This document shows, piece by piece, positions 20,009 to 29,594 of a stretch of 64,000 bases of DNA (the stretch's first letter is position 1; each line of letters starts with the position of its first letter). The stretch spans positions 802 through 64,801 of the forward strand of contig CAKPCA010000004.1 of assembly GCA_934141145.1 (NCBI GenBank). Reading direction: 5' to 3'. Source of the DNA: an uncultured Bacilli bacterium (GTDB lineage: Bacteria; Bacillota_I; Bacilli_A; RF39; UBA660). The notes below the pieces were generated by a model. The model ran no database searches. It worked only from the letters and a program-made list of their open reading frames with translations, and had not been told where the DNA came from. The translations under genes and the position numbers were made by a program.

Positions 20009-20737
20009 CTAGTTAATTTTACACATTTTTTTTACATAACTATATAATTTGCTATTTTGAGAAAAGTCGGCTTCAAAATATAAATCACAAACATTCTTTT
20101 CTCTAATAGATTTCATATCTTTATTGTCAAAATTTTTATACACAAAAATAGAAGTACCACCGTGTTCTTTAATGTATTTCATTGCATAATAATCTGTAAA
20201 TCCATCACCTATATATATAACATTAGAACAATCTTCATCCTTTATTTTATTTTTCTGTAATATTTGCTGTATTGCAGTAACCTTATTTTTATCACTCATT
20301 AAAAATTCAATACCATTTACTTCAAAATTTTGGTTATAGGTGAATATAGTAGCGTAAATTTCTTTAAAATAAGATGAAATTGAAACTTTTTCTAAAAAAA
20401 CTTTAATACCAGAACTTAATAGATAATTATCAATATCATTATCACATAACATATTTAAAAATTCTACTACACCATCATTATAACTAACATTATCATATCC
20501 TAAACAAAAATTTTCATCTGAAAGTTTTAATCCAGAATCTTTAATAATTTTAAAGTATACATTATACATAGCAGTATATAAATCAACATTTTTATCGACT
20601 GCTTCTTTTTTTGATAGTTCTAAGAACATTGGATTTAAAGCTCCATCTTTCATACCACTTTTTTGTAGGATTTCAAATTTAGGTAATGAATATGGTGTTA
20701 ATGTTCCATCGAAATCATAAATAAAAATTTTTTTCAT
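20009..20737 (-). CDS. HAD-superfamily hydrolase
   Basis: Motif I is IYDFDGTLT at the N-terminus, with a later GDGFTDYYAM motif (motif IV-like). Confidence 0.7.
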   Translation of the reverse strand: MKKIFIYDFDGTLTPYSLPKFEILQKSGMKDGALNPMFLELSKKEAVDKNVDLYTAMYNVYFKIIKDSGLKLSDENFCLGYDNVSYNDGVVEFLNMLCDNDIDNYLLSSGIKVFLEKVSISSYFKEIYATIFTYNQNFEVNGIEFLMSDKNKVTAIQQILQKNKIKDEDCSNVIYIGDGFTDYYAMKYIKEHGGTSIFVYKNFDNKDMKSIREKNVCDLYFEADFSQNSKLYSYVKKMCKIN

Positions 20738-20987
20738 CTAATCGCCTCCAATTTTTTTCGTTAAACATATTATACACTATATATATGAGTTTTACAACAA
20801 TTACTTATTTTATAAATATTAGTTTATTAAGTATTTTTATTATCAACATTATGATTGGACTTTTTTATTAACAATGTATATATTATATTTAATTTTCACA
20901 TTTTATGAAATCTATAATTTTACATTATTTTTGAATCTATATCTATTATAATTATAAAAATTATGATAAAATATTATAGGTGATAAA

Positions 20988-21209
20988 ATGAGTCGTCTAA
21001 TAATATTTTTATTAAAACTATATCAAAGCACTCCAACCCACTTACATAGTGCATGCAGGTTCACGCCAACATGTTCTAGTTATGCGATTGAATCTTATGA
21101 AAAATATGGATTTTTTAAAGGTAGTGCTTTAACTATAAAAAGATTATTTAGATGTACCCCATTTGGAAATATGGGATATGACCCTGTCCCTAATAGGAGG
21201 AGAAAATGA
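20988..21209 (+). CDS. yidD: Membrane protein insertion efficiency factor YidD
   Basis: CRFTPTCSSYAIESYEKYGFFKGSALTIKRLFRCTPF is the YidD signature. Its stop overlaps the next start (ATGA). Confidence 0.85.
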   Translation: MSRLIIFLLKLYQSTPTHLHSACRFTPTCSSYAIESYEKYGFFKGSALTIKRLFRCTPFGNMGYDPVPNRRRK

Positions 21210-22069
21210 AAAAAATTATAAAATTATTTAGTTTAATAGGAATAATATTTGTACTTACAGGATGCATAAATAAAGATTCAATGGAAGATATAACTATATA
21301 TACTAGTGTGTATCCGATTGAATATGTTACTGAAAGATTATATGGTAATCATGCTAATGTTGTTAGTTTTTACCCTAGTGAATCTAATCCATATGAATAT
21401 AAACTTACTAAAAAACAAATAAAGGATTATAGTACCAGTAACTTAATTGTATACAACGGTCTTGATAAAGAAAAAGATTATATAGTTGAAATGATTAACA
21501 ATAACAAAAATTTAAAAATAATCGACGCTACCGCAAGAATTGAATATCAAAATTCTATGGATGAAATTTGGATTAACCCATCTAGTCTACTTACAATAGC
21601 ACAAAATGTAAAAAATGGTTTTAAGGAATATGTAACTAGTAGTTATTTACAAGATGAAATAGATAATAATTATGACAAGTTAAAACTTGAAATATCAACT
21701 ATAGATGCAGAAATGAAAGAAATGGTCGCAAATGCTGAAAATAAAACAATTGTTGTAAGTAGTAATGATTTAACTTTCTTAAGTAAGTATGGTTTTAACG
21801 TTATATCTCTTGATGATAGTACTGTAACAGATAAAATAATATCTGATACAAAAAAACTTATAAATAATAAACAAATAAGCTATATATATATGAAAAATAA
21901 TGAGGAAGAAAACAGTACTATAAAAAGTATAAAACAATCTTATCCTAATGTTGGAATATTAAAATTAAATACATTAAATACTATTTCTGCACAAGACAAA
22001 GTAAATAAAAAAGACTATATTTCTATTATGTATGATAATATAGATAATTTAAAAAAGGAACTTTATTAA
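21206..22069 (+). CDS. ZnuA/TroA-fold (cluster A-I) substrate-binding lipoprotein, apparently degenerate at the metal ligands
   Basis: It has the lipobox LTGC and the family pattern IYTSVYPIEYVTERL...NPYEYKL...LIVYNGLDKE. The positions normally occupied by His in the DPHEYEP and PHAW motifs read NPYEY and DEIWINP. No ABC permease or ATPase gene is adjacent. Confidence 0.55.
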   Translation: MKKIIKLFSLIGIIFVLTGCINKDSMEDITIYTSVYPIEYVTERLYGNHANVVSFYPSESNPYEYKLTKKQIKDYSTSNLIVYNGLDKEKDYIVEMINNNKNLKIIDATARIEYQNSMDEIWINPSSLLTIAQNVKNGFKEYVTSSYLQDEIDNNYDKLKLEISTIDAEMKEMVANAENKTIVVSSNDLTFLSKYGFNVISLDDSTVTDKIISDTKKLINNKQISYIYMKNNEEENSTIKSIKQSYPNVGILKLNTLNTISAQDKVNKKDYISIMYDNIDNLKKELY

Positions 22070-22082
22070 TAAGTTCCTTTTG

Positions 22083-23069
22083 TTATATCATAAATTTTAA
22101 GAGTAACATTCCTACTACACTTAATGTGTTTTGAAGAAAATGCATATACATATTAGTACATATATTATTAGTTTTATAATAAAGTGACGCTAAATACATA
22201 CCAAGAGCACTGTAAACAAAAATATATAATAATTCTTGTACAGTTTGAAAATCATCTATTATATGCAAAGCACCAAATAATACTCCACTAAATATTATAT
22301 AAAGATATTTATTATTTATAAATTTTCTAATAACACCTCTAAATAAAGATTCTTCTACAATAGGTGCATATATAATAGAAAGTGCCGCAACTGCTATAGG
22401 TAAAGTATTAAACATTTCTTGTAGATTTTTTTGATTAGTCGCAGATGATTCATTTGTAAATATTTGTATAATTAAATTTATTATAATTACCGTTACTAAT
22501 GCCTTGCCCCATGTTTTTAAAATAAGTATATTATATTCTCTAAAGTATTCTTTAAATATTTTAAAATCATGTAATATTTGTCTTTCAAATACAATTATAG
22601 TTCCTATTAATAACACTATATAAATTATAAATCCATATTTTAAATTTATATAATTAGGTATTACAAATAACAATAACATGCTGAATATAAAAAGTATTAA
22701 CGCTGCATATTTATTTACTAATGTAGCAGGTTCTAACTTAGGTAATTCTCTTTTTTCCTTTTTTTCTTTTAAATTACTATAAAGAATAAAACTTAATATA
22801 CCAGATATTAAATTAAGTATAAAAAATATAATTCCAAATATAAGTATAAATATCCTATGCTTTTTTAAATTTACATCCTTCTTAAAATATAATATAAGAT
22901 AATATATAATTCCTACTATTGATAGTAATATTATAAGTCCATTACTTATTATATCTGTAATATTTTTTATTAATTCGTTATAACTAAGTACTATAGTAAC
23001 AATATCAAATATTAAATACACTACCATAAATATTACTGAAAAAAGTAATAATTTTTTATTTTTATCCAT
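22083..23069 (-). CDS. CPBP-family (CAAX/Abi) intramembrane glutamic endopeptidase
   Basis: Polytopic membrane protein with the motifs VEESLFRG and FGALH. Confidence 0.7.
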   Translation of the reverse strand: MDKNKKLLLFSVIFMVVYLIFDIVTIVLSYNELIKNITDIISNGLIILLSIVGIIYYLILYFKKDVNLKKHRIFILIFGIIFFILNLISGILSFILYSNLKEKKEKRELPKLEPATLVNKYAALILFIFSMLLLFVIPNYINLKYGFIIYIVLLIGTIIVFERQILHDFKIFKEYFREYNILILKTWGKALVTVIIINLIIQIFTNESSATNQKNLQEMFNTLPIAVAALSIIYAPIVEESLFRGVIRKFINNKYLYIIFSGVLFGALHIIDDFQTVQELLYIFVYSALGMYLASLYYKTNNICTNMYMHFLQNTLSVVGMLLLKFMI

Positions 23070-23101
23070 TTTATAATCCTCCTATTGTCTTAATTATATC
23101 A

Positions 23102-23335
23102 TTATTTTATTAAAGTTTCTACTAAAATAACATCCTCACCTATTTTTTTTATTTGATTAAAATATATCTCTACTTCATCTTGACTAAAAAATAGAGACGG
23201 AAATTTCTTTTTTTCTAATATTAGTGATTCTATTTTCCCACTCTCACTATTTATTTTAATATCTATAATATTTCCTATCTTCATACCGGTTGTTAAATTA
23301 ATCACATCTTTATTTTGTATCTCAGATAATCTCAT
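23102..23335 (-). CDS. ylmC: YlmC/YmxH-family sporulation protein (PRC-barrel)
   Basis: LSEIQNKDVINLTTGMKIGNIIDIKINSESGKIESLIL...IKKIGEDVILVE follows the B. subtilis YlmC pattern. Confidence 0.75.
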   Translation of the reverse strand: MRLSEIQNKDVINLTTGMKIGNIIDIKINSESGKIESLILEKKKFPSLFFSQDEVEIYFNQIKKIGEDVILVETLIK

Positions 23336-23386
23336 ATAAGCACCTCTAACATAATTATATTCAAAAAAAAATTAACAATTCTTTTG

Positions 23387-24424
23387 TTAATTTTCTATTA
23401 CTTTTTCTAGGTATAATGATTTTATCTTTGATAGATTATCATCATTTACCCTATTAATACTTGATAAACTTTTGTAATTTTTTAAAATGTTTAAAATAGT
23501 CTTATAACCTTGAATTAAAAAATCTTCTTTTATATTAACTAATTTATTATGTGAAACAACGCTTGGAATTTCATCTGGGTTTTCTAAAAAAGATTTTAAT
23601 TCTTCAAAATATATTAATAATGAAATATAACTTTCATAAACTTTATTTACTCTTTGTATCTTATACTGACATAACCTATTAATGTTATTACGTATAACTT
23701 CACTTGATTCTTCTGCTTTATCTACTTTCATATTTCTTATTTCTTTTTCATAATAACTTGGATTAGTTTTATATACCATTAACTTTTCGTAAGTGACTTC
23801 TAAATTCTGTAAAAAGAATTTTATTATTATTATAAATTCATTAATTTCATTTATATTTATCTTTTCTAATTTATAATATTTAATATAAAATTTTATGTAT
23901 TGTTCATAATCTTCAATACAACTTATATTAGTTTTAATATATTCATTTAAGCTTAAATTCGGGTTTATTTCTAAAATAGATTTTGCCTTTTCTTCATCAG
24001 CATCATCAATATATGATTTTAATGCTTTATCAATAAGTTCTGGTTTTTCTTCTGATTTTTTATATGATGGTAACATTTTATAATCATGCTTTATTAGTGT
24101 TTTGTTACTGCCCTCTCCTATAAAATGCAATTTAATATTTTTTATTTTAACAAAATCTTCTGAATATTTCTTTAATGTTTCTTCATCATTATTCAAACTT
24201 GCTAATTTGTAATTCAAAATTACTTCCATCTGATTTGCAAGTTCACTAGATAGTACTTCTCTACAAAATACTATAGTATTTCTAAATCCAGCGATATTGC
24301 TATGTCTAGTTTTAATAAATTTAAAAAATTCTTCATCACTTAAATTTCTTTTATTTATTACATCTTCAACAAAATAAATTAGTTCACATCTTCGTATAAA
24401 TTTTTCATCTAATTTAGACGCCAT
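23387..24424 (-). CDS. Hypothetical protein (345 aa, helical, K/E-rich)
   Basis: Clean ORF starting 4 nt downstream of the preceding gene. I recognised no motif. Confidence 0.5.
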   Translation of the reverse strand: MASKLDEKFIRRCELIYFVEDVINKRNLSDEEFFKFIKTRHSNIAGFRNTIVFCREVLSSELANQMEVILNYKLASLNNDEETLKKYSEDFVKIKNIKLHFIGEGSNKTLIKHDYKMLPSYKKSEEKPELIDKALKSYIDDADEEKAKSILEINPNLSLNEYIKTNISCIEDYEQYIKFYIKYYKLEKININEINEFIIIIKFFLQNLEVTYEKLMVYKTNPSYYEKEIRNMKVDKAEESSEVIRNNINRLCQYKIQRVNKVYESYISLLIYFEELKSFLENPDEIPSVVSHNKLVNIKEDFLIQGYKTILNILKNYKSLSSINRVNDDNLSKIKSLYLEKVIEN

Positions 24425-24427
24425 ATT

Positions 24428-25273
24428 CTAACCACTAATATTATATGTTTTTACTTTATTTTCTTCATCATACAAAACATAACCATCTTCTATATTTTTT
24501 TGTACGCCAATCATAAGACTTTCCCAATCACTACCATCTTGACAATATATATTATTTAAATCTTTATAAGTTGTAAGATTTTCATCAATATAATTTAATT
24601 TTAAATTTAATACTCCTTCTAATATACCTCTTTCTAAGTTATCATAAGTATTAAAGCCCTTACTTCCTACTAAAGAATACGGATTATTTTTATCTGTTGC
24701 AATCGGTTTAGTAAAATAGCCAGATTCTCCGCATGCTATAGTAAGTGCGAATGTTCTATCTACTCCAAATAAATCTGCATACTTATAAACCATTTCTCTT
24801 ACTTTTAAATCACTTTGATAGTTGTTATTACCAACTATTGAAGATGGATTATCTGTATATTTTTCTGGATTTTTAGTTATATCCTTGCATAATAATATAA
24901 TGTACATATCAATATTATCATAATTATTTTCTGTAACATATATAGTTTGATAGTTTTTAATATTGTTTATTGCCACATCAAGTACAAATTCTTCATTTAA
25001 ATTATATATTTGTGCATAATTTATTATTTTATCTCTATAATTATCTATTATATATTCTTCATAACTATATGAATGAGTTTCTGCGACTGTTCTACTTGCT
25101 ATAGGAACTCTATGTTCTTGTTCATTTACATTTATTTTTTTAAAATTTATATAAGGGGCTGATAAAATAGTAGCAGCTATAATAGCACTATTAGTAGCAA
25201 TAATTTTATATTTTTCTATATTTTTTAGTTTTACATTTTTTATTGTTTTAGTATCTTTTTCTAACTTTATCAT
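24428..25273 (-). CDS. Membrane-anchored hypothetical protein with a possible lytic-transglycosylase (SLT-like) motif
   Basis: The preferred start is the ATG at 25273, behind the RBS AAGGGAGG. It has an N-terminal TM helix. FALTIACGESGYF...NNPYSL resembles the E-S catalytic block of SLT domains, but the match is weak. Confidence 0.4.
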   Translation of the reverse strand: MIKLEKDTKTIKNVKLKNIEKYKIIATNSAIIAATILSAPYINFKKINVNEQEHRVPIASRTVAETHSYSYEEYIIDNYRDKIINYAQIYNLNEEFVLDVAINNIKNYQTIYVTENNYDNIDMYIILLCKDITKNPEKYTDNPSSIVGNNNYQSDLKVREMVYKYADLFGVDRTFALTIACGESGYFTKPIATDKNNPYSLVGSKGFNTYDNLERGILEGVLNLKLNYIDENLTTYKDLNNIYCQDGSDWESLMIGVQKNIEDGYVLYDEENKVKTYNISG

Positions 25274-25338
25274 TTTAAAACCTCCCTTTTTAACACACAC
25301 AAGTTTTGATTATACCATAAAAAGTTTATAAATGCAAA

Positions 25339-26115
25339 TCACTTGACTAACTTTTTTATGTTATTAAGGGCATTTTTTTCTATTCTAGATACCTGTGCTT
25401 GACTTATTCCAAGCTCATCACTTATTTCCATTTGTGTTTTTCCTATTATAAATCTTTGGAGTAATATAAACTTTTCTTTCAATTTTAATTTATTTATTGC
25501 CATTTCAAGTACTAGTTTATCATTCCAATTATTACTTGATTCTTTTGGATTTGCTATTTGATCAAATAAATATATGGTTTCTCCTCCGTCATTATAAATA
25601 GGATCATACATACTAACTGTACTTTTAGTTGCTTCTAAAGCACTAACTATATCTATTTCATCTATTTCTAAAATTTCTGCAATCTCAGAAAGGCTTGCTT
25701 CTCTTCCTTCACTCATCATAATACTTTCTTTTATTTTAAGTGCTTTATATGCTATATCTTTCATACTTCTAGAAACTCTTACTATACTATTATCTCTTAA
25801 ATATCTTTTTACTTCACCTAAAATCATTGGTACTGCATATGTTGAAAATTTTACATTATATTTTAAATCAAAATTATCTATTGCTTTTACAAGACCAATA
25901 CAACCAACTTGAAACAAATCATCCATATTGTCAATTTTGTTATTAAAATTTTTTAATATACTTAATACTAGTTTTAGATTTCCATTTATTAAATCTTCTC
26001 TTGCAAACTTATCTCCATTTTGCATTTTTTTAAATAGTTCTAATTGTTCATCACTAGTTAATACTTTTAAATTTGCTGTATTTATTCCCGTTATTTCTAC
26101 TTTATGCTTTGCCAT
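25339..26115 (-). CDS. sigG: Sporulation sigma factor SigG (forespore, late)
   Basis: From the ATG at 26115 (RBS GAAGGGAGAG) it reads MAKHKVEITGINTANLKVL...GNLKLVLSILKNFNN...DDLFQVGCIGLVKAIDNFDLKYNVKFSTYAVPMILGEVKRYLRDNS.VRVSRS...GKTQMEISDELGISQAQVSRIEK. This is nearly collinear with B. subtilis SigG. Confidence 0.85.
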   Translation of the reverse strand: MAKHKVEITGINTANLKVLTSDEQLELFKKMQNGDKFAREDLINGNLKLVLSILKNFNNKIDNMDDLFQVGCIGLVKAIDNFDLKYNVKFSTYAVPMILGEVKRYLRDNSIVRVSRSMKDIAYKALKIKESIMMSEGREASLSEIAEILEIDEIDIVSALEATKSTVSMYDPIYNDGGETIYLFDQIANPKESSNNWNDKLVLEMAINKLKLKEKFILLQRFIIGKTQMEISDELGISQAQVSRIEKNALNNIKKLVK

Positions 26116-26158
26116 AAAAACTCTCCCTTCAGAATTTTTATGGTTCAAAAAATATTTT

Positions 26159-28411
26159 TTATTCAATTTTAAGTGACTCGATTATTCTCTTATTACTTGC
26201 TATTTTAGATGGTATTAATCCACCTATCATAGTAATAAATATACTTATTGTTATCAAAATAATAGCATGAGTAATTTTAAGACTTGCAATTTTTTCTAAA
26301 TGTATTGTGTCTTTTGCTATAGCATTTATTGGTAATATTAATATACAAGATATAATTATTCCAAGTATGCCTGACATAAAACCTAATATAAATGTTTCTG
26401 CATTAAATACTCTTGAAATATCTTTTTTTCTTGCACCTAAGGATCTTAATATGCCTATTTCTCTAGTTCTCTCAAGAACAGATATATATACTATTATTCC
26501 TATCATTATAGAAGATACTATAAGTGATATACATGAGAAAAAAATTAAAACTATAGTTATCGCATCCATAATATTTTTCATTAGAGAAATATAAGATGAT
26601 GATTTATCACTATATAAAATTTTTTCTTTATATTTTTTATTTTTATTATAATTATCTAGATATTTTAATATTTTTTTCTTAGAATCAAAATCTTTAGGAT
26701 ATATTTGAATTTCTAAAGATGAATTATCAAACCCTAAAGATGATAATACTCTATTTTTATCAAAATTCTTTTCTAAAGTAAGTACATTATAACTAGAATT
26801 TTTCTGTGATTTTACTATATCTGATTTAGAGTTTTCTTTTATAACATAGTCTATTAATGATTTATTATATAAAATTCCAGTACCATACATGTCAGAAAAA
26901 GTATTATCTTTTTTGCCTCTAATTACTGAAGTTATTTTAAGTTTTAATACACTTTTATTATATATATCACCATAGTCATTTACTTCATAATTAATGCCAT
27001 TGTAATTATAATAATCATTATTTAATGCGACCTTAAATTCTTTATTAAGAATTTTATCAAAAGTAATATCATCTTTACTATTATATCCAAGCACTTTAAG
27101 TACATTTGCATCTACTCTGTTTTTAGAATCTACTACTAAAGTTAAGTCTTCTTTTTTTAAAGAATAACTACCATATATTACATCATAATTATCTTTTATA
27201 ATTTTAGAATTTTTACCATTTAAACCTATAGGTTTTTGACTCATAATACTTTTATAATCAATTAATTTTATATCATTATTTATCTTTGTTAAAAGTTTTA
27301 TATTAGAAATATTTTTATATGTTATACCATATACTAAATCATTATCCATATTTTCTATATAAGTAATATATTTACTTGATAAATTATTTTTATGTATTTT
27401 ATCTTTTTCTAAAGTGAGTGAATATATTTTTTTACTATTACTATACTCTTTTAATTTTTCATTTTTATTTTCACTTTTTTCATCTAATACATCTTCATTA
27501 ATAGTTATTGGCATAATCATAGATGTATCTTTTTCAAAATCATAAATTTGATTTTTAAAACCGTTTGAAATTGATAATATTAATGCTATTCCAATTATTC
27601 CAATACTACTTGCAAATGTTGTTATAATCGTTCTTCCTTTTTTAGTTAATATATTATTAAATGATAGTTTTAACGCTGTAAAAAAGCTCATTGATATCTT
27701 ATTTAATTTATATCTATTTAATTTTTGCATCTTACTTTTGTTTCCTGTATCAGATAATACTTTACCATCCTTTAACTCAATGATTCTAGTTGAATATAAT
27801 TTTGCTAATTCTTTGTTATGCGTTACCATTATTACTAATTTATCTTTTGATATTTCTTTTATTAATTTCATTATTTGTTTACTTGTTTTAGAATCAAGTG
27901 CGCCAGTTGGCTCATCTGCTAAAATTATATCTGGATTATTTACTATTGCTCTTGCTATTGCTACTCTTTGCATTTGACCACCAGATAATTGATAAACTTT
28001 TTTATAAATATGATTTTTTAATCCAACCTTTTCAAGAGTAATGATTGCTTTTTTTCTTCTCTCTTTTTTAGATACACCACTTAGTAACATACTAAGTTCA
28101 ACATTATCTAATACTTTCATATGATTTATTAAATTATAATGCTGAAAAATAAAACCAATACTTTTATTTCTATATGAATCGAAGTCTTTATCTTTAAATC
28201 TTTTAGTAGATTTACCATTTATTATTAAATCACCACTATCATATTTATCTAAACCACCTATTATATTTAAAAGTGTTGATTTACCCGCTCCTGATGATCC
28301 TAAAATAGATACAAATTCATCATCTAAAAAAGATAAATTAATATTATCTAATACTTTAATATTATAATTATTTGTACTATAACTTTTACATATATTTACT
28401 AAGTCTAACAT
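26159..28411 (-). CDS. Fused ABC transporter ATP-binding/permease protein (MacB/FtsX type)
   Basis: It has Walker A GSSGAGKST, the signature LSGGQMQRVAIARA, Walker B ILADEPTGALD, a large extracytoplasmic domain and a C-terminal FtsX-type 4-TM bundle. Confidence 0.8.
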   Translation of the reverse strand: MLDLVNICKSYSTNNYNIKVLDNINLSFLDDEFVSILGSSGAGKSTLLNIIGGLDKYDSGDLIINGKSTKRFKDKDFDSYRNKSIGFIFQHYNLINHMKVLDNVELSMLLSGVSKKERRKKAIITLEKVGLKNHIYKKVYQLSGGQMQRVAIARAIVNNPDIILADEPTGALDSKTSKQIMKLIKEISKDKLVIMVTHNKELAKLYSTRIIELKDGKVLSDTGNKSKMQKLNRYKLNKISMSFFTALKLSFNNILTKKGRTIITTFASSIGIIGIALILSISNGFKNQIYDFEKDTSMIMPITINEDVLDEKSENKNEKLKEYSNSKKIYSLTLEKDKIHKNNLSSKYITYIENMDNDLVYGITYKNISNIKLLTKINNDIKLIDYKSIMSQKPIGLNGKNSKIIKDNYDVIYGSYSLKKEDLTLVVDSKNRVDANVLKVLGYNSKDDITFDKILNKEFKVALNNDYYNYNGINYEVNDYGDIYNKSVLKLKITSVIRGKKDNTFSDMYGTGILYNKSLIDYVIKENSKSDIVKSQKNSSYNVLTLEKNFDKNRVLSSLGFDNSSLEIQIYPKDFDSKKKILKYLDNYNKNKKYKEKILYSDKSSSYISLMKNIMDAITIVLIFFSCISLIVSSIMIGIIVYISVLERTREIGILRSLGARKKDISRVFNAETFILGFMSGILGIIISCILILPINAIAKDTIHLEKIASLKITHAIILITISIFITMIGGLIPSKIASNKRIIESLKIE

Positions 28412-28493
28412 TTGTGTTCCTCCATAGTATATATAAGCTAAAAGTATTTAAAAATCCCTTAAAAAATAAAAAAATTAGAATAAAATTCTAATT

Positions 28494-29594
28494 TTAATAT
28501 TCATACCAAAGTCCACTAGACTTAAGTTCATTTATTATTTTATTATGTTCTGCATCAGTTTTAGTAAAATATACTTTCATATTTTTATCTGCAACAAAGT
28601 ATAAATAATCATTACTACTATATTCTATAGTTGCAAGTATAGATGTTGAGCTTGGATTACATATTGGACCTACTGGAAGTTTTCCTGCATTTGCGCTACT
28701 TCTTGTGTTATATGGGTTTGGATTATTTATTTCTGATTTATATAAATCTCTTTCTCCAAGTTCTATTTTAAATGCATAGTATGTAGTTACATCACTACCT
28801 AAACTCATTTTTTTATTTAATCTATTTATAAATACACCTGCTATATTTTTTCTATCTTCTAAAGTTATTCCTTCACCCTCTACCATGGATGCAAGAGTAA
28901 GTATTTGATGAACTGACATATTACTTTTTTCTATTTCACTTTTATATTTTGTTAATATAACATTAGTTTGATCTAATAGTTTTTTAAATATATCTTGTAC
29001 ACTAGCATTTACTTTAAATTCATATGTGTCTGGGGCTAAATAACCTTCAAGTGGATAATAAATATTCTTATCTAATATAACATTATCTAAAAACCAATAT
29101 TCATTTATTAAACTATTAATATATTCTTTATCTTCTAACACTTTAAATACATCATCATAACTATTAGAAGTATTTTTATCTATTATTTTAGCAATACCTC
29201 TCATAGTTTTTCCTTCATTAAATGTAATTGTTACTGTTTGATCTTTTACATTACTACCACTTTGTAATATCTTAAATATTTCTTTTAAACTAGAATTTCT
29301 ATCTAGCATATAATTACCTGCTTGAAGACCTTCTATTTTATTTAATTTAATATATAAATCTGCAAAATACTTATTTTTAATAATTTTTTTCTTTTTAAGT
29401 GTTGCAGTAATTTGTCTAATTGTACTACCCTTTTCAATTTCAACCATAACTTTATCTGACTTATTTGATACGGGATTTACATTTTTACAACAAAATACTA
29501 TTCCAATAATCATTATAATAACTATAACTATTGGTAATATGTAAATTACTTTGAACTTTTTGCATTTTGTATTCTTTTTATTCTTCTTTTTCAT
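28494..29594 (-). CDS. mltG: Endolytic murein transglycosylase MltG (YceG-like)
   Basis: It has an N-terminal TM helix, a LysM-like domain and the NPYNTR...GKLPVGPICNPS catalytic block. Confidence 0.85.
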   Translation of the reverse strand: MKKKNKKNTKCKKFKVIYILPIVIVIIMIIGIVFCCKNVNPVSNKSDKVMVEIEKGSTIRQITATLKKKKIIKNKYFADLYIKLNKIEGLQAGNYMLDRNSSLKEIFKILQSGSNVKDQTVTITFNEGKTMRGIAKIIDKNTSNSYDDVFKVLEDKEYINSLINEYWFLDNVILDKNIYYPLEGYLAPDTYEFKVNASVQDIFKKLLDQTNVILTKYKSEIEKSNMSVHQILTLASMVEGEGITLEDRKNIAGVFINRLNKKMSLGSDVTTYYAFKIELGERDLYKSEINNPNPYNTRSSANAGKLPVGPICNPSSTSILATIEYSSNDYLYFVADKNMKVYFTKTDAEHNKIINELKSSGLWYEY

